From NCBI GenBank assembly GCA_028724525.1, contig JAQYCV010000028.1:2309-66308 (forward strand): 64,000 nt of DNA. Direction: 5' to 3'. Positions 17,713 through 27,287 of this stretch are shown here, piece after piece; the first letter of the stretch is position 1, and every line of letters begins with the position of its first letter. Origin of the DNA: Clostridiales bacterium. Its GTDB lineage: Bacteria > Bacillota > Clostridia > Saccharofermentanales > DTU023. Position numbers and translations under genes: made by a program. The notes beneath the pieces were generated by a model. The model did not search any database, had not been told where the DNA came from, and saw only the letters and a program-made list of their open reading frames with translations.

Positions 17713-19164
17713 CTAAGGGGTGGATTTTAAGCTTTGCTCCCAGGCAAGAAGCAGGATGTTTTGATAATTATCTTGGAAATAATAGCGGTCTGCCTGGCCA
17801 GGCCTGAAGAGGAAGCCCTGACCTGCTGGCAGGGAGTCCCCTCGAGTCAGGAGTTTGAGGCTCTGATTGGCAAGAGACAAGCTGAGACTTTGTCCCGACA
17901 GGAGGCTGATCTCTTTGTAAACAAGAAGGGCAGGCAAAGAAGGCGTTTCTACACTGGGGGTGAGATTGATGGGATTATAGGCGGCATAAAGTTGGCCAGA
18001 AGCCATCAGCAGCTGGTTAAAAATGACCAGGTCATCGGGTCTTCCCGCCCCCACTTCCCAGAGAGAACGAATTTGGATCAAGCTGGCCAGGCTATCCGCT
18101 TGAAAGCCGCCACCGGCAGACGGGACATAGGACTGGGTCTCGGGCTCCCAGGCATAGGCATAGAAGCCAGAATCCAAGCGGGCTTCCTGGGCAATGCTGA
18201 GCCACTTGTCCGCGATGGCTTGCCAGGCGGAGTCGCGGGAGGCAAGAGCCCTTAGCACCCAAAGGTCTAATTTTTGCAAGCTGACCACCTCTAGCCTACG
18301 GTCTGGGGAGGCGGTTTCCTGGTCGTTGGAAGATACCAGGCTAGGAATAACTTCCTCAAAATTCTCGTGCTGGGCCAGGGCTAGGTCTTGGTCAAAGAGG
18401 GGAAGCAGGTCTTTGCTGACGCGGTCAATTTCTATAAAGAAAGCATCCTCTGGCCAGACTTGGCAAGCCAAAAATAAAAGGCGAAGGTAGGATAATTGTT
18501 CAGGCCAACTTTCAGGGCCTGCCTCAGGGCCTAGCTGGTCGGGGAAGGCTGTGCAGATCTGGTCTTGCGCTTGGGTAAAGGCTTTTTTATCCTTTTGGGC
18601 CAAAAGGATTTTGAGATGCAAGAGACCATCCTCTAGGCTGAGGGGAGCCTGGGGGTTCGCTTGGAAGACTAAGGCACTTCCGGGCTGGTCTGGCTGGGCA
18701 TGGCCCAGGTAGGCCTGGTCCGCATAGGCATCAAAAACGAGGCCAGCCTCAGGGCTTTCCAGCTGAAAAGCCCTGTTCAGCCGGTCTAGTAAAGCCTCTT
18801 CCCCACTCAGGAGCTGGTAAGAACTTTTTTGCAGCTGGGGGATAAAAAGTGGTCGCCAAGTGAGCGTATCGCCCGCCTCTTGGGGCCGCAAGAAAAAGAA
18901 AGAGGCTAGAAGCAAGGCGATAATAAGCAAAAAGAGTGGAAGGATAAGGCGCAGGCATTTGCCATGCAAGGGGCCAGCCAGGCGAGAGAGCCAAGCGAAA
19001 AAGTTTTCTCCAAATTTTCGGTCCACTTTTTCTAAAAGAGGCTTTCTTGCGACTTGGCCAGGCATGGGGGGAATGGGATAGTCCTTGAGCTTATCCGGGG
19101 CCGGAGGGCTAGACTCCTCTGCTATAGGGCTCGATTTGCCGTGTTCGCTAGCTTCTTGTGTCAT
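17713..19164 (-). CDS. Hypothetical membrane-anchored protein (cytoplasmic Pro-rich N-terminus, one TM, ~390-aa extracytoplasmic domain)
   Basis: 483-aa ORF with codon and amino-acid usage like its neighbours. The TM segment is CLRLILPLFLLIIALLLASFFFL. I recognise no catalytic motif. Confidence 0.6.
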   Translation of the reverse strand: MTQEASEHGKSSPIAEESSPPAPDKLKDYPIPPMPGQVARKPLLEKVDRKFGENFFAWLSRLAGPLHGKCLRLILPLFLLIIALLLASFFFLRPQEAGDTLTWRPLFIPQLQKSSYQLLSGEEALLDRLNRAFQLESPEAGLVFDAYADQAYLGHAQPDQPGSALVFQANPQAPLSLEDGLLHLKILLAQKDKKAFTQAQDQICTAFPDQLGPEAGPESWPEQLSYLRLLFLACQVWPEDAFFIEIDRVSKDLLPLFDQDLALAQHENFEEVIPSLVSSNDQETASPDRRLEVVSLQKLDLWVLRALASRDSAWQAIADKWLSIAQEARLDSGFYAYAWEPETQSYVPSAGGGFQADSLASLIQIRSLWEVGAGRPDDLVIFNQLLMASGQLYAAYNPINLTPSVETPSLPALLVYKEISLLSGQSLSLSLANQSLKLLTRGDSLPAGQGFLFRPGQADRYYFQDNYQNILLLAWEQSLKSTP

Positions 19165-19214
19165 GAATGCATGCAGTCCTTTGCTGGCTAAAAGCCTATG
19201 AATACTTGAGCTTC

Positions 19215-19223
19215 TGCTATAAT
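19215..19223 (+). promoter_or_regulatory. Extended -10 promoter element upstream of tmcAL
   Basis: TGCTATAAT (TGn-TATAAT) lies 28 nt upstream of the ATG, with the RBS AAGGAG in between. There is no good -35. Confidence 0.4.
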
Positions 19224-19250
19224 AGCCGGGCTAAGGAGATTTAAGCAAGT

Positions 19251-20534
19251 ATGCATATTGTGGGAATCATTGCCGAATACAATCCCTTCCATCGGGGGCA
19301 CTTGAGCCAGTTCAGCTGGATCAAGGATAAGCTGGGACCGGACACAAGAATTGTGGTGGCCCTGGCCTCCTATTTTTGCCAAAGAGGCTGTCCTGGCCTA
19401 CAAAGCCCCCGGCAACGGGCCAAGGCAGCTATCCAGGCCGGGGCAGACTTGGTCCTACTTCTGCCGCAATATTTTTCCAATACCGCGGCTGCATGCTATG
19501 CCCAGGCAGGGGTCAGTCTCTTAGCGGCCACAGGCATGGTCAGAACCCAAGCGGCCTCGGCCGAAATCAAGGACAAGGATTTAATCCAAGAAGCCGCCAA
19601 GCTTATTTCTCCTGAAAGTCCAGAACTACAAACCGCCATCCGTCAGCTGATTCGAGAGGGTTTAAGCCCCCATCAGGCAAGGGGGACAGCCCTCTTGCAA
19701 CTAGGGGCAGACCCCCAGGTCGTTCGGGTCTTTGACCAGGCTAATGCCCGGCTCTGCGCCGAATATTTGTCCGCCCGAGCCCACTTGCCTGCTGGGTGGT
19801 CAAAGCCTGGTATTTTCCTCTGTCCCAGGGAAGAGGGCACTCTGGGCGCCAGCCAGCTGCGGTCCATGATTGAGCTAGCCGCCCTCCAAGCCCAAGCAAA
19901 AAAGACCTGGCAGGCCCCCTGGGCCCAAGAGCAAGAATCAAAGATCACCGGGCCAGCCCAGCTGGTGAACTTTCCTCTGATCAGTCAGCTGGCAGAGAGT
20001 ATGCCCCCAGAGAGTCTCAGCCTCCTAGCCCAGGACTTAAGTGAGGGTAATTTCGCTTTATATACCAGCCTGCTCACTCTGGCGCGGCTTTCCCTTAGTC
20101 GGATCAATAGGGCTGAAGACTTAGCCTCTTACCGCGATATGCAGGCCGGTCTGGCAGACCGTCTCTTGGCAAATCTACGCGACCAGGATTACCTTACTGC
20201 AGTGACGGCCAAAAACTTTCCTGCGGGACGCGTCACGAGAGCTTTGACCTCCTATCTCCTGGGTATAGATCAGAACATGATGGGCCAGGCGGGCGACTAT
20301 CCTGCCTATCTCTTCCCCCTAGCCTTCAACCGGGATGGCCGCTATATCCTGCGCAAGATGCAGGAAAGGGCTAAGCTTCCCGTCTTTGCTCGTTTTTCAG
20401 AGACAGCCCAGTCCCAGGATCCTGCCGTCCAGGCCCAGGCCCTAGTCGAACGAAGAGCCGCTGCACTCTGGGCCTATTTGGCGAATAAGCCAGAGTTGGA
20501 AGCAGACTTACTCGAGCCCCCTATTCAACTTTAA
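19251..20534 (+). CDS. tmcAL: tRNA(Met) cytidine acetate ligase TmcAL (YlbM/UPF0348 nucleotidyltransferase)
   Basis: MHIVGIIAEYNPFHRGHLSQ is the HxGH nucleotidyltransferase N-terminus typical of YlbM/TmcAL. The ~400-aa length fits the family. Confidence 0.8.
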   Translation: MHIVGIIAEYNPFHRGHLSQFSWIKDKLGPDTRIVVALASYFCQRGCPGLQSPRQRAKAAIQAGADLVLLLPQYFSNTAAACYAQAGVSLLAATGMVRTQAASAEIKDKDLIQEAAKLISPESPELQTAIRQLIREGLSPHQARGTALLQLGADPQVVRVFDQANARLCAEYLSARAHLPAGWSKPGIFLCPREEGTLGASQLRSMIELAALQAQAKKTWQAPWAQEQESKITGPAQLVNFPLISQLAESMPPESLSLLAQDLSEGNFALYTSLLTLARLSLSRINRAEDLASYRDMQAGLADRLLANLRDQDYLTAVTAKNFPAGRVTRALTSYLLGIDQNMMGQAGDYPAYLFPLAFNRDGRYILRKMQERAKLPVFARFSETAQSQDPAVQAQALVERRAAALWAYLANKPELEADLLEPPIQL

Positions 20535-20566
20535 CAGCTCTAAAGCAGCTCATTCTAAAGCCGCCC

Positions 20567-20604
20567 ATAAAAAAGCTCTAAGCTGACTCCAGCTGGCTTA
20601 GAGC
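20567..20604. terminator. Bidirectional terminator between the convergent tmcAL and tyrS genes
   Basis: GCTCTAAGC-N12-GCTTAGAGC stem preceded by AAAAAA. On the minus strand this gives the stem followed by TTTTTTAT. Confidence 0.65.
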
Positions 20605-20645
20605 ATAATTCCTTGGGTGTTGGAAAGGGCGTAGGCCCCGGATTT

Positions 20646-21875
20646 TTAGTTTTTAAAATTCAGGGCAAAGTAATTTTTCTTGCCCCGGCGTACCACTGCT
20701 GTGCCCTCATCCAGGTCTGATTTTTCCAGAGTCCGATTAAAATCGTCCACGACGACATCATTGAGCCTGAGACCCTTCTGCTGGATTAGGCGGCGGCCTT
20801 CAGATTTTGAGGGGATAAAGCCACAGTCCAGCAAGATCTCTAGGAGGGGTCTGCCAAAGTCTTCTGCCTCCAAGTCTTGGCCGGGCATGTCTGCAGCTCT
20901 CCCCACCCCCTGGCCAAAAATTTCCTCGGCCTGGGCTTCCGCTTTCTTTGCCTTATCCTCGCCATGAACCAGACTGGTGACTTCTAAGGCCAGGCGCTTC
21001 TTAGCCGTGTTGATATCGGAACCTTCCAGCTGGGCATATTGGGCGATTTCTTCCAGGGGCATGTAAGTCAAGAGCTTCATGCATTTGATGACATCTCGGT
21101 CATCAATATTCCGCCAGTATTGGTAGAAGTCATAGACTGGCAGTTTGTCTTCGTCCAACCAGAGGGCGCCAGAAGCGGTTTTCCCCATCTTCTCCCCGTC
21201 TGCCTTGGTCAGCAAGGTAAAGGTTAAGGCATAGGCTGGGCCTAAACCCTTTCTCCGGATGAGATCAGTACCTGCTAAAATATTCGACCACTGGTCATCC
21301 CCGCCCAATTGCAACTTACAGCCCTCTGCTTGATAGAGGTGGAGGAAGTCGTTGGCCTGGAGAAGCATATAGTTGAATTCAAGGAAAGTGAGGCCTTGGT
21401 CTAAGCGGTTCTTATAGCATTCAGCTGCTAACATGCGGTTGACTGAAAAGTGAGGCCCGACATTCCGCAGGAAGTCAATATAATTCAGGGGTAAAATCCA
21501 GTCCGCATTATCTACGAAGATGGCCTTGCCCTCAGAAAAATCAATAAAGCGGCTCATCTGCTTGCGGAAGCTATCCACATTATGCTGGACCCGTTCAGGC
21601 GTGAGCAGCTGGCGCATATCCGTGCGGCCAGAGGGGTCACCGATCATCCCCGTACCACCGCCCAAAAGGACAACAGGCCGGTGACCAGCTTTCTGCAAAT
21701 GCGACATGGCCATGAGCTGGAGAAGGTGGCCTACATGCAGACTATCCGCGGTGGGATCATAACCCGTATAGAAACTAATCGGCTCTCTTCCGAGCAAATC
21801 ACGCAACTCATCGGCGTGGGAAACCTGGGCGATATAGCCGCGTTCTTCTAAAACATCATATACGTTCTTGGTCAT
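20646..21875 (-). CDS. tyrS: Tyrosyl-tRNA synthetase
   Basis: HIGH-type HVGHL, KMSKS-type KMGKT, and a C-terminal S4-like domain. Confidence 0.95.
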   Translation of the reverse strand: MTKNVYDVLEERGYIAQVSHADELRDLLGREPISFYTGYDPTADSLHVGHLLQLMAMSHLQKAGHRPVVLLGGGTGMIGDPSGRTDMRQLLTPERVQHNVDSFRKQMSRFIDFSEGKAIFVDNADWILPLNYIDFLRNVGPHFSVNRMLAAECYKNRLDQGLTFLEFNYMLLQANDFLHLYQAEGCKLQLGGDDQWSNILAGTDLIRRKGLGPAYALTFTLLTKADGEKMGKTASGALWLDEDKLPVYDFYQYWRNIDDRDVIKCMKLLTYMPLEEIAQYAQLEGSDINTAKKRLALEVTSLVHGEDKAKKAEAQAEEIFGQGVGRAADMPGQDLEAEDFGRPLLEILLDCGFIPSKSEGRRLIQQKGLRLNDVVVDDFNRTLEKSDLDEGTAVVRRGKKNYFALNFKN

Positions 21876-21984
21876 GCTGCCTCCTTCATGCAGGTCAAGT
21901 CACAGCTCATAAAAATTAACTGGACTGAGATATTTTCCTATTCTAGTCCAGACGCACGGCCGGGGTCAAAAGTTTTTATAGCCT

Positions 21985-22758
21985 TTATAGCTGAAGTTTT
22001 GCCTGGTCTTTGTCCTCACGGCTGAGGACCATTCTCAGCGTGCCCTGATCTAGCTGAAGCCTAAGCGGCTGACCACTTGCCGGCTGGTTAGAAATGCCCA
22101 GATTGATACCCTGGAAAAGCTTCCGCTGGTCCAAGGGCCAAAGGCTACCCTGAAGGCTCAGACCTTTGACCTCCGGGCTCACAGCGAGAAGAGAAATATA
22201 AGTATCTTGCTGGTTCTCCCCAGGCACATGGATCTCTGCCTGGCAGGGGCCCTTGAAGGTCCAGACTTCGGTGAGACCATCCGTCATGAGAAAGGCTAGG
22301 TCAGGCTGGACATAGCGGCTGGCTAAGTCCAGATTAGCCAAGACATGGTCCACCCGAGAGCCCAGGCCGGCTAGAAAAATCAGGCCAGATCCAGCAAAGT
22401 TTAGGAGGGACTTGGAGCTTGGATAAGATCCAGCTTGGGGAGATGGTTGCCGAGAAAGCAAGTCTCCCCTCCGCCAAGCATATTCTGCCTCCAGCATGTA
22501 ATGCAGGGCTAAGGCAGAGTCTGGCTCGTCCTTTTTTTCAGGAAACTTGATTCGGGGAATATCCTGGTCGCGTAGATAGGCCAGTCCCTGGGGGCTGAGG
22601 GAGTCATTATCCCCCACATGCATATCTGGTTGGAAATCCAACATCCGGGCCCGATCCAGTCCCCCGTCCGCCGTCCAGATGCGGTCGCAGTGTTTTGCCA
22701 GGTCCTGGATACGGTCCGGGTCGCCCAGGTTTCCGCTTAAAAAGAGGGCTTGCCACAT
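21985..22758 (-). CDS. thiN: Thiamine pyrophosphokinase
   Basis: GDNDS (GDFDS box), KDEPD and GSRVDH motifs colinear with B. subtilis ThiN/YloS, and the same synteny (downstream of rpe). It is ~40 aa longer than usual because of an internal insertion. Confidence 0.8.
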   Translation of the reverse strand: MWQALFLSGNLGDPDRIQDLAKHCDRIWTADGGLDRARMLDFQPDMHVGDNDSLSPQGLAYLRDQDIPRIKFPEKKDEPDSALALHYMLEAEYAWRRGDLLSRQPSPQAGSYPSSKSLLNFAGSGLIFLAGLGSRVDHVLANLDLASRYVQPDLAFLMTDGLTEVWTFKGPCQAEIHVPGENQQDTYISLLAVSPEVKGLSLQGSLWPLDQRKLFQGINLGISNQPASGQPLRLQLDQGTLRMVLSREDKDQAKLQL

Positions 22759-22772
22759 GGAAGAGCGATCCT

Positions 22773-23507
22773 TTAGAGACTAAGGGCAGGGGTAGGATGC
22801 TGTCCCTCCCAGGCAGTAGCGGCTAACTTCCTGAGGCAAGAGATTTCTTCCGCCGGACTTTCGGCCTTAAAAACCGCTGTACCGGCAACAAAAAAGTTGG
22901 CACCGGCGGTGGCAGCCTGGCCGATGGTTTGCCTATTAATGCCGCCGTCCACCTGCAATAAGATCGGGCGGCCGCTCTCCGCGATGAGCTTCCTGGCCTG
23001 AGCCATTTTACTTGCCATCTCAGGGATGTAGGCTTGGCCACCAAAGCCAGGGTTGACCGTCATTAAGAGGATCTGGTCTAGGAAAGGTAGGAGAGGCTCC
23101 AAAAGGGAGACCGGTGTACCGGGATTGAGGGAGATCCCAGCCAGGCAACCTAAGCGGTGGATTTCTTGTAGGAGGCGATGGGCATGGCGGGCAGCTTCAA
23201 GGTGGAATACGATGATATCTGCCTCCGCCTGGGCAAAGGGTTCTAGCCAATCCTCTGGTCTGTCTACCATGAGGTGGACATCCATGACTTTGGCCCAGTG
23301 GGGTCGTAGCTGTTTGACCAGGCCAGGACCAAAGGTGATATTTGGAACAAAATGCCCGTCCATGATATCCAGATGGAGGGCATCCGCCGTAGAAATGCTG
23401 TCTAACTGCTCTTTCAATTGGCTAAAATCTGCTGCGAGCAGTGAGGGAGCTAGAAGGGGGGCCTGGCTGGTAAAAAGTTCTTGGACTAAGTTGCTAGGTG
23501 TGTACAT
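22773..23507 (-). CDS. rpe: Ribulose-phosphate 3-epimerase
   Basis: APSLLAADF...HLDIMDGHFVPNITFG...MTVNPGFGGQ. Confidence 0.95.
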   Translation of the reverse strand: MYTPSNLVQELFTSQAPLLAPSLLAADFSQLKEQLDSISTADALHLDIMDGHFVPNITFGPGLVKQLRPHWAKVMDVHLMVDRPEDWLEPFAQAEADIIVFHLEAARHAHRLLQEIHRLGCLAGISLNPGTPVSLLEPLLPFLDQILLMTVNPGFGGQAYIPEMASKMAQARKLIAESGRPILLQVDGGINRQTIGQAATAGANFFVAGTAVFKAESPAEEISCLRKLAATAWEGQHPTPALSL

Positions 23508-23527
23508 AGGATCTCCCTTGTGATGGT

Positions 23528-24427
23528 TTAATACAATTTTTGTTCTTCTAAGGCCTGGCGGAGACTGATATAAGTGGCTAAACGATCCGGACTTATTTTA
23601 GCCTGGTCTATGGCGCAGCCCAAGTCCCCCAGATGCTTACAGTCAGCAAAACGACAGTAGGGGGCAATGGCTTGCAATTCGGGATAGGCCGCTAACAGGT
23701 CCCTGGGTTCCAGGTCCATGTTTTGAATATCTATTGATTGAAAACCGGGTGTATCCGCAAGAAAGGCGGGGCCAAAAGCATAAATTTCCACAGACCGGGT
23801 CGTTTGTCTGCCCCGGCCCGCCTTATCGGATAAGGCACCTGTTTCCAGGATCTGATCTCCTAAAAGCCGGTTCATCAGGGTGGACTTCCCTACCCCAGAT
23901 TGGCCTGCCAGAGCCGTAAACTGATCTGCCAAAACATCGGTAAACTGATCCAGGCTGGCAGGGTCTTCCAAGCCTGTGAAATAGAGGGGAAAGCCTGAGG
24001 CGGCAAAATAAGCGCTAAACTCCGCGCGAGCCTGGTCTGCCTGGGGCAGGTCGCATTTGGTCAAGACCAGAAGGGGGCGGATATTATTATTGACCGCATA
24101 ACAAATCATGCGGTCCAAATAATGGTAGTCAACCCGGGGCAAGACCGCAGATGAGACCAACATTAATTGGTCCAAATTAGCTAAGGGAGGACGGCGTAAC
24201 TTATTCCGACGGGGTAGGATTTCGGTAATCAGCCAAGGGATATCCGGGTCTGCGGAGGAAGTGTAGTGGACAAGGTCCCCCGGGAGGGGTTTGGTCGCCG
24301 TTTTGCGAAAAAGGCCACGGGCTACCGCCTGACCGCGAAAACCTGTCCGCGGGTTGGAGAGCAGGTAAACCCCCGCAACCCCCCGCAATATCCTGGCCTG
24401 ATTGGTCTCCACATCCACCTCACTCAA
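23528..24427 (-). CDS. rsgA: Ribosome small-subunit biogenesis GTPase RsgA (CpgA)
   Basis: Circularly permuted GTPase with TKCDL and GQSGVGKSTLMNRL, and a C-terminal Zn cluster CRFADCKHLGDLGC. Confidence 0.95.
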   Translation of the reverse strand: MSEVDVETNQARILRGVAGVYLLSNPRTGFRGQAVARGLFRKTATKPLPGDLVHYTSSADPDIPWLITEILPRRNKLRRPPLANLDQLMLVSSAVLPRVDYHYLDRMICYAVNNNIRPLLVLTKCDLPQADQARAEFSAYFAASGFPLYFTGLEDPASLDQFTDVLADQFTALAGQSGVGKSTLMNRLLGDQILETGALSDKAGRGRQTTRSVEIYAFGPAFLADTPGFQSIDIQNMDLEPRDLLAAYPELQAIAPYCRFADCKHLGDLGCAIDQAKISPDRLATYISLRQALEEQKLY

Positions 24428-24439
24428 ATAAAACTTTAC

Positions 24440-26461
24440 TTACTTTAAGTCAAAGGACACGATCAAAGAATCTTCAAAGGGATCAAAGAGTTGGCCTGGA
24501 GGAGTCGATTGATTAACCACAACCGCACCTGGATCACTGACATCAGTCAAGTTGGCAGACCGCGAGAGATAGTAACGGGGAGCGCCCGCCGGCCACATAG
24601 GATCTAAGATCGCCTGAACCTCTGCCGCTGTCTTGCCGTTTAAGTCAGGCATCAAGACTAAGCCAAGAGCTTGGGGGGAGCCCGGTTGGCCCAGGTCTAT
24701 CCCCTGCTTTACCTTTTCATAATCGTCGGCAGTTCCGTAGTTGACCCGGAGGCTAGATCCCCGCTGGACGATGGTATTCGCATCGGTAAACTGCTTGAGA
24801 ATAATCCGCTGATAATCAGGGACCTCTTCTTTCTGACCTTGGGCATTGTAGTGATAAGACTCTCCATAGAGACGCAAATCTAAGTCGCCTAGGGCTTTTT
24901 TGGCCTGGTCCCAGGTCAGGCCCACCAAGGGCGGGACGGAGACTTGCTCGCTACCACGCGAGGCATAGAGGGCGATCCTGGCCCCTTCGTTCACAAGAGT
25001 GTCAGCGGCAGGTTCGGTCCGAATGATTTTCCCTTTTTCTAAGCTCTCAGAAAATTCTTGATAGATCACAACGTTAAAGCCATCTTTTTCCAAGAGCCGT
25101 CTGGCTTCTTCGCTGTCCAGCTGGGTCACATCCCGTAGCTTGAGTTCAGCTTTGCCCACAGAATATTTTAATTTGATATGGGCAGAGGCCTTCGATAATT
25201 TGGTCCCATAGTTGGGTTCCTGCTCAAAGATAATCCCCTTTTCCTGAGTTTCCGATTGAACAGCAATCAACTCGAACTTGTCTCCGTAGAGCTCTTTCAG
25301 CTCAGCTTCCACCTCTGACACTTGCCGGCCCACATAGCGGTCAACCACCAGCAAGTCTTCTGCTTGCTGCTGGCGGCTGTGAATGTTGAAGCGCTGGACA
25401 GCCGAGCTGAGCAGATAGATTAAGGCCCCACTTGCCAGGGCAATCAAGAGAAGGACCAGGAGGGTAACCCGCAGGCGAGACTTGCGCCTGCTATCAATGG
25501 TCCGCTCGAGTTCTTCAATCTTGTTGTAATTGGCATCGGTTTTATCTGTGGTAAGAGCCGCCGAAGAGGAGGACCAATTTTGAGTTTGTGCTGGATAAGA
25601 GGCTTGAAAAGCTCGGGGGTTGACCATGAAGCGGTCCAGCTCATTAACAAATTCACGAGCGGATTGGTAACGGCGTTCGGGGCTTTTTTGGATGGCTTTA
25701 AAGATAATAGCCTCCAAGCCGGCCGGGATTGCCGGATTGAGTTTGCTGGGCCGGGCTGGCATTTCTTGCAATTGCTTGATAGCCACAGCCACAGAAGATT
25801 CGCCATCAAAGGGCAGGCAACCTGTCAGCATTTCGTAGAGCATGAGGCCCAAGGAATAAAGGTCCGAAGCCTCAGTCACCTTGCCGCCCCTGGCCTGTTC
25901 AGGTGAAAAATAATGTACCGAACCAAAGGCCATACCACCCGTCAAGGTAATTGTATTGGCAATGGCAGCTCGAGCGATACCAAAGTCGGTTACCTTGGCC
26001 GTCATGTCCGGGGTAATCAGCACATTTTGGGGCTTCATATCTCGGTGGATAATGCCGCGGCGGTGGGCATGCTCTAGGCCTAGTCCAATTTGTATCATGA
26101 GGGGAACCGCCACTTCCCAGGTCAGAGGGCCATTATCCAGGATCAACTCCTTAAGATTGGTGCCTTCTACGAATTCTTGGACGATATAGCGGACTTCGCC
26201 ATCTTGGCCATAATCCAGGACTTGAACAATATTAGGATGGTCGAGGCTGGCAGCAGCCCTGGCCTCTGTAGCAAAACGGCGAATAAATTCCTGGTCTCCT
26301 GAAAGTTCATCCCGCATTAGCTTGAGAGCAACCTTGCGGCCTGTCCTTAAATCTTGGGCCAGATAAACATAAGCCATGCCCCCCTGGCCCAAGGCCTCGA
26401 GGACTTCATAGCGTTCATCCAGGATAAAGCCCTTAGATATATTTTGCTGGGCAGATTGCAT
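24440..26461 (-). CDS. prkC: Ser/Thr protein kinase with extracellular PASTA repeats (PrkC/PknB)
   Basis: Hanks kinase motifs (GQGGMAYVY, HRDMKPQN, DFGIA), a TM segment, then about four PASTA-like repeats. ATG 26461 (GAGAGGA 7 nt upstream) is preferred over the TTG at 26476. Confidence 0.9.
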   Translation of the reverse strand: MQSAQQNISKGFILDERYEVLEALGQGGMAYVYLAQDLRTGRKVALKLMRDELSGDQEFIRRFATEARAAASLDHPNIVQVLDYGQDGEVRYIVQEFVEGTNLKELILDNGPLTWEVAVPLMIQIGLGLEHAHRRGIIHRDMKPQNVLITPDMTAKVTDFGIARAAIANTITLTGGMAFGSVHYFSPEQARGGKVTEASDLYSLGLMLYEMLTGCLPFDGESSVAVAIKQLQEMPARPSKLNPAIPAGLEAIIFKAIQKSPERRYQSAREFVNELDRFMVNPRAFQASYPAQTQNWSSSSAALTTDKTDANYNKIEELERTIDSRRKSRLRVTLLVLLLIALASGALIYLLSSAVQRFNIHSRQQQAEDLLVVDRYVGRQVSEVEAELKELYGDKFELIAVQSETQEKGIIFEQEPNYGTKLSKASAHIKLKYSVGKAELKLRDVTQLDSEEARRLLEKDGFNVVIYQEFSESLEKGKIIRTEPAADTLVNEGARIALYASRGSEQVSVPPLVGLTWDQAKKALGDLDLRLYGESYHYNAQGQKEEVPDYQRIILKQFTDANTIVQRGSSLRVNYGTADDYEKVKQGIDLGQPGSPQALGLVLMPDLNGKTAAEVQAILDPMWPAGAPRYYLSRSANLTDVSDPGAVVVNQSTPPGQLFDPFEDSLIVSFDLK

Positions 26462-26472
26462 GGTTAGTCCTC

Positions 26473-27225
26473 TCAAACAAAGATGGCTATAGCAGTAACG
26501 TTGTCATATCCGCCTGACGTCAGAGCCAGTTCTACGAAATCGTTCACACAGGCTTCGGCACTTTTTGCCTTGCGCAAAGTCTCTTCAATCACCTGGTCAG
26601 AGAGGTAGCCGTGCAGTCCGTCACTGCACAGGAGATAACGGTCATTCTTCTTAATTTCTAGGCGAAGGATCTCCGGTTTGAGATATTCCGGAACGCCCAG
26701 GGCCTGGGTCAGTATATGCCGCTGGGGATGGCTGGCTCCCTCCTCTGCTGTGAGGGTACCAGCATCTTGCATTTCTTGAACCAGGGTATGGTCGCGGGAA
26801 ATTTTCTCTAAGATACCCTTGCGCATAATATAGCAGCGGGAGTCGCCCACATGAGCCAAGTAAAGAGACTCTGGATAGAGGACCGCTAAAGTCAGGGTTG
26901 TCCCCATACCTGAGGTCCCTTGTTTTTCTAAAGACTGGAGGTAGACCTGAACATTAGCCTTTTGAATGGTATCCGACAGGAGCATTTCGGTGCGGTCAGC
27001 TTGGTCTTGGCCATTTAAATCACGCGCTAAGCGGTCCTTACAATAGTCAGTCGCTATTTTGCTGGCCACCTCTCCTCCGGAATGCCCGCCCATGCCGTCT
27101 GCTACGGCAAAAGCACAGGGCCAATTTTCAGGTGCGAAGTAAGCAAAATACGAGTCCTCATTTTTTGCTCGAACCAGGCCACGGTCAGTTTTGATGGCAA
27201 ATTCTACGCGCTGTTTCACTGACAA
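26473..27225 (-). CDS. stp: PP2C-family Ser/Thr phosphatase (Stp/PrpC)
   Basis: RAKNEDS, DGMGGH and SDGL motifs, directly upstream of prkC. Confidence 0.95.
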   Translation of the reverse strand: MSVKQRVEFAIKTDRGLVRAKNEDSYFAYFAPENWPCAFAVADGMGGHSGGEVASKIATDYCKDRLARDLNGQDQADRTEMLLSDTIQKANVQVYLQSLEKQGTSGMGTTLTLAVLYPESLYLAHVGDSRCYIMRKGILEKISRDHTLVQEMQDAGTLTAEEGASHPQRHILTQALGVPEYLKPEILRLEIKKNDRYLLCSDGLHGYLSDQVIEETLRKAKSAEACVNDFVELALTSGGYDNVTAIAIFV

Positions 27226-27287
27226 CCCCTTTATCTCTCATGAGCACAAATAAGCTCTATATAGCGAAAATACTCATAATTATTCTA

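Noticed and set aside
21876-21984. A possible T-box riboswitch upstream of tyrS, and likewise upstream of proS at 15380-15394.
   Set aside because: The leaders are only ~109 nt and 15 nt long, too short for a T-box (~200-300 nt). I could not find the conserved T-box sequence (AAnnnGGGTGGnACCGCG-like) or a specifier/antiterminator arrangement.
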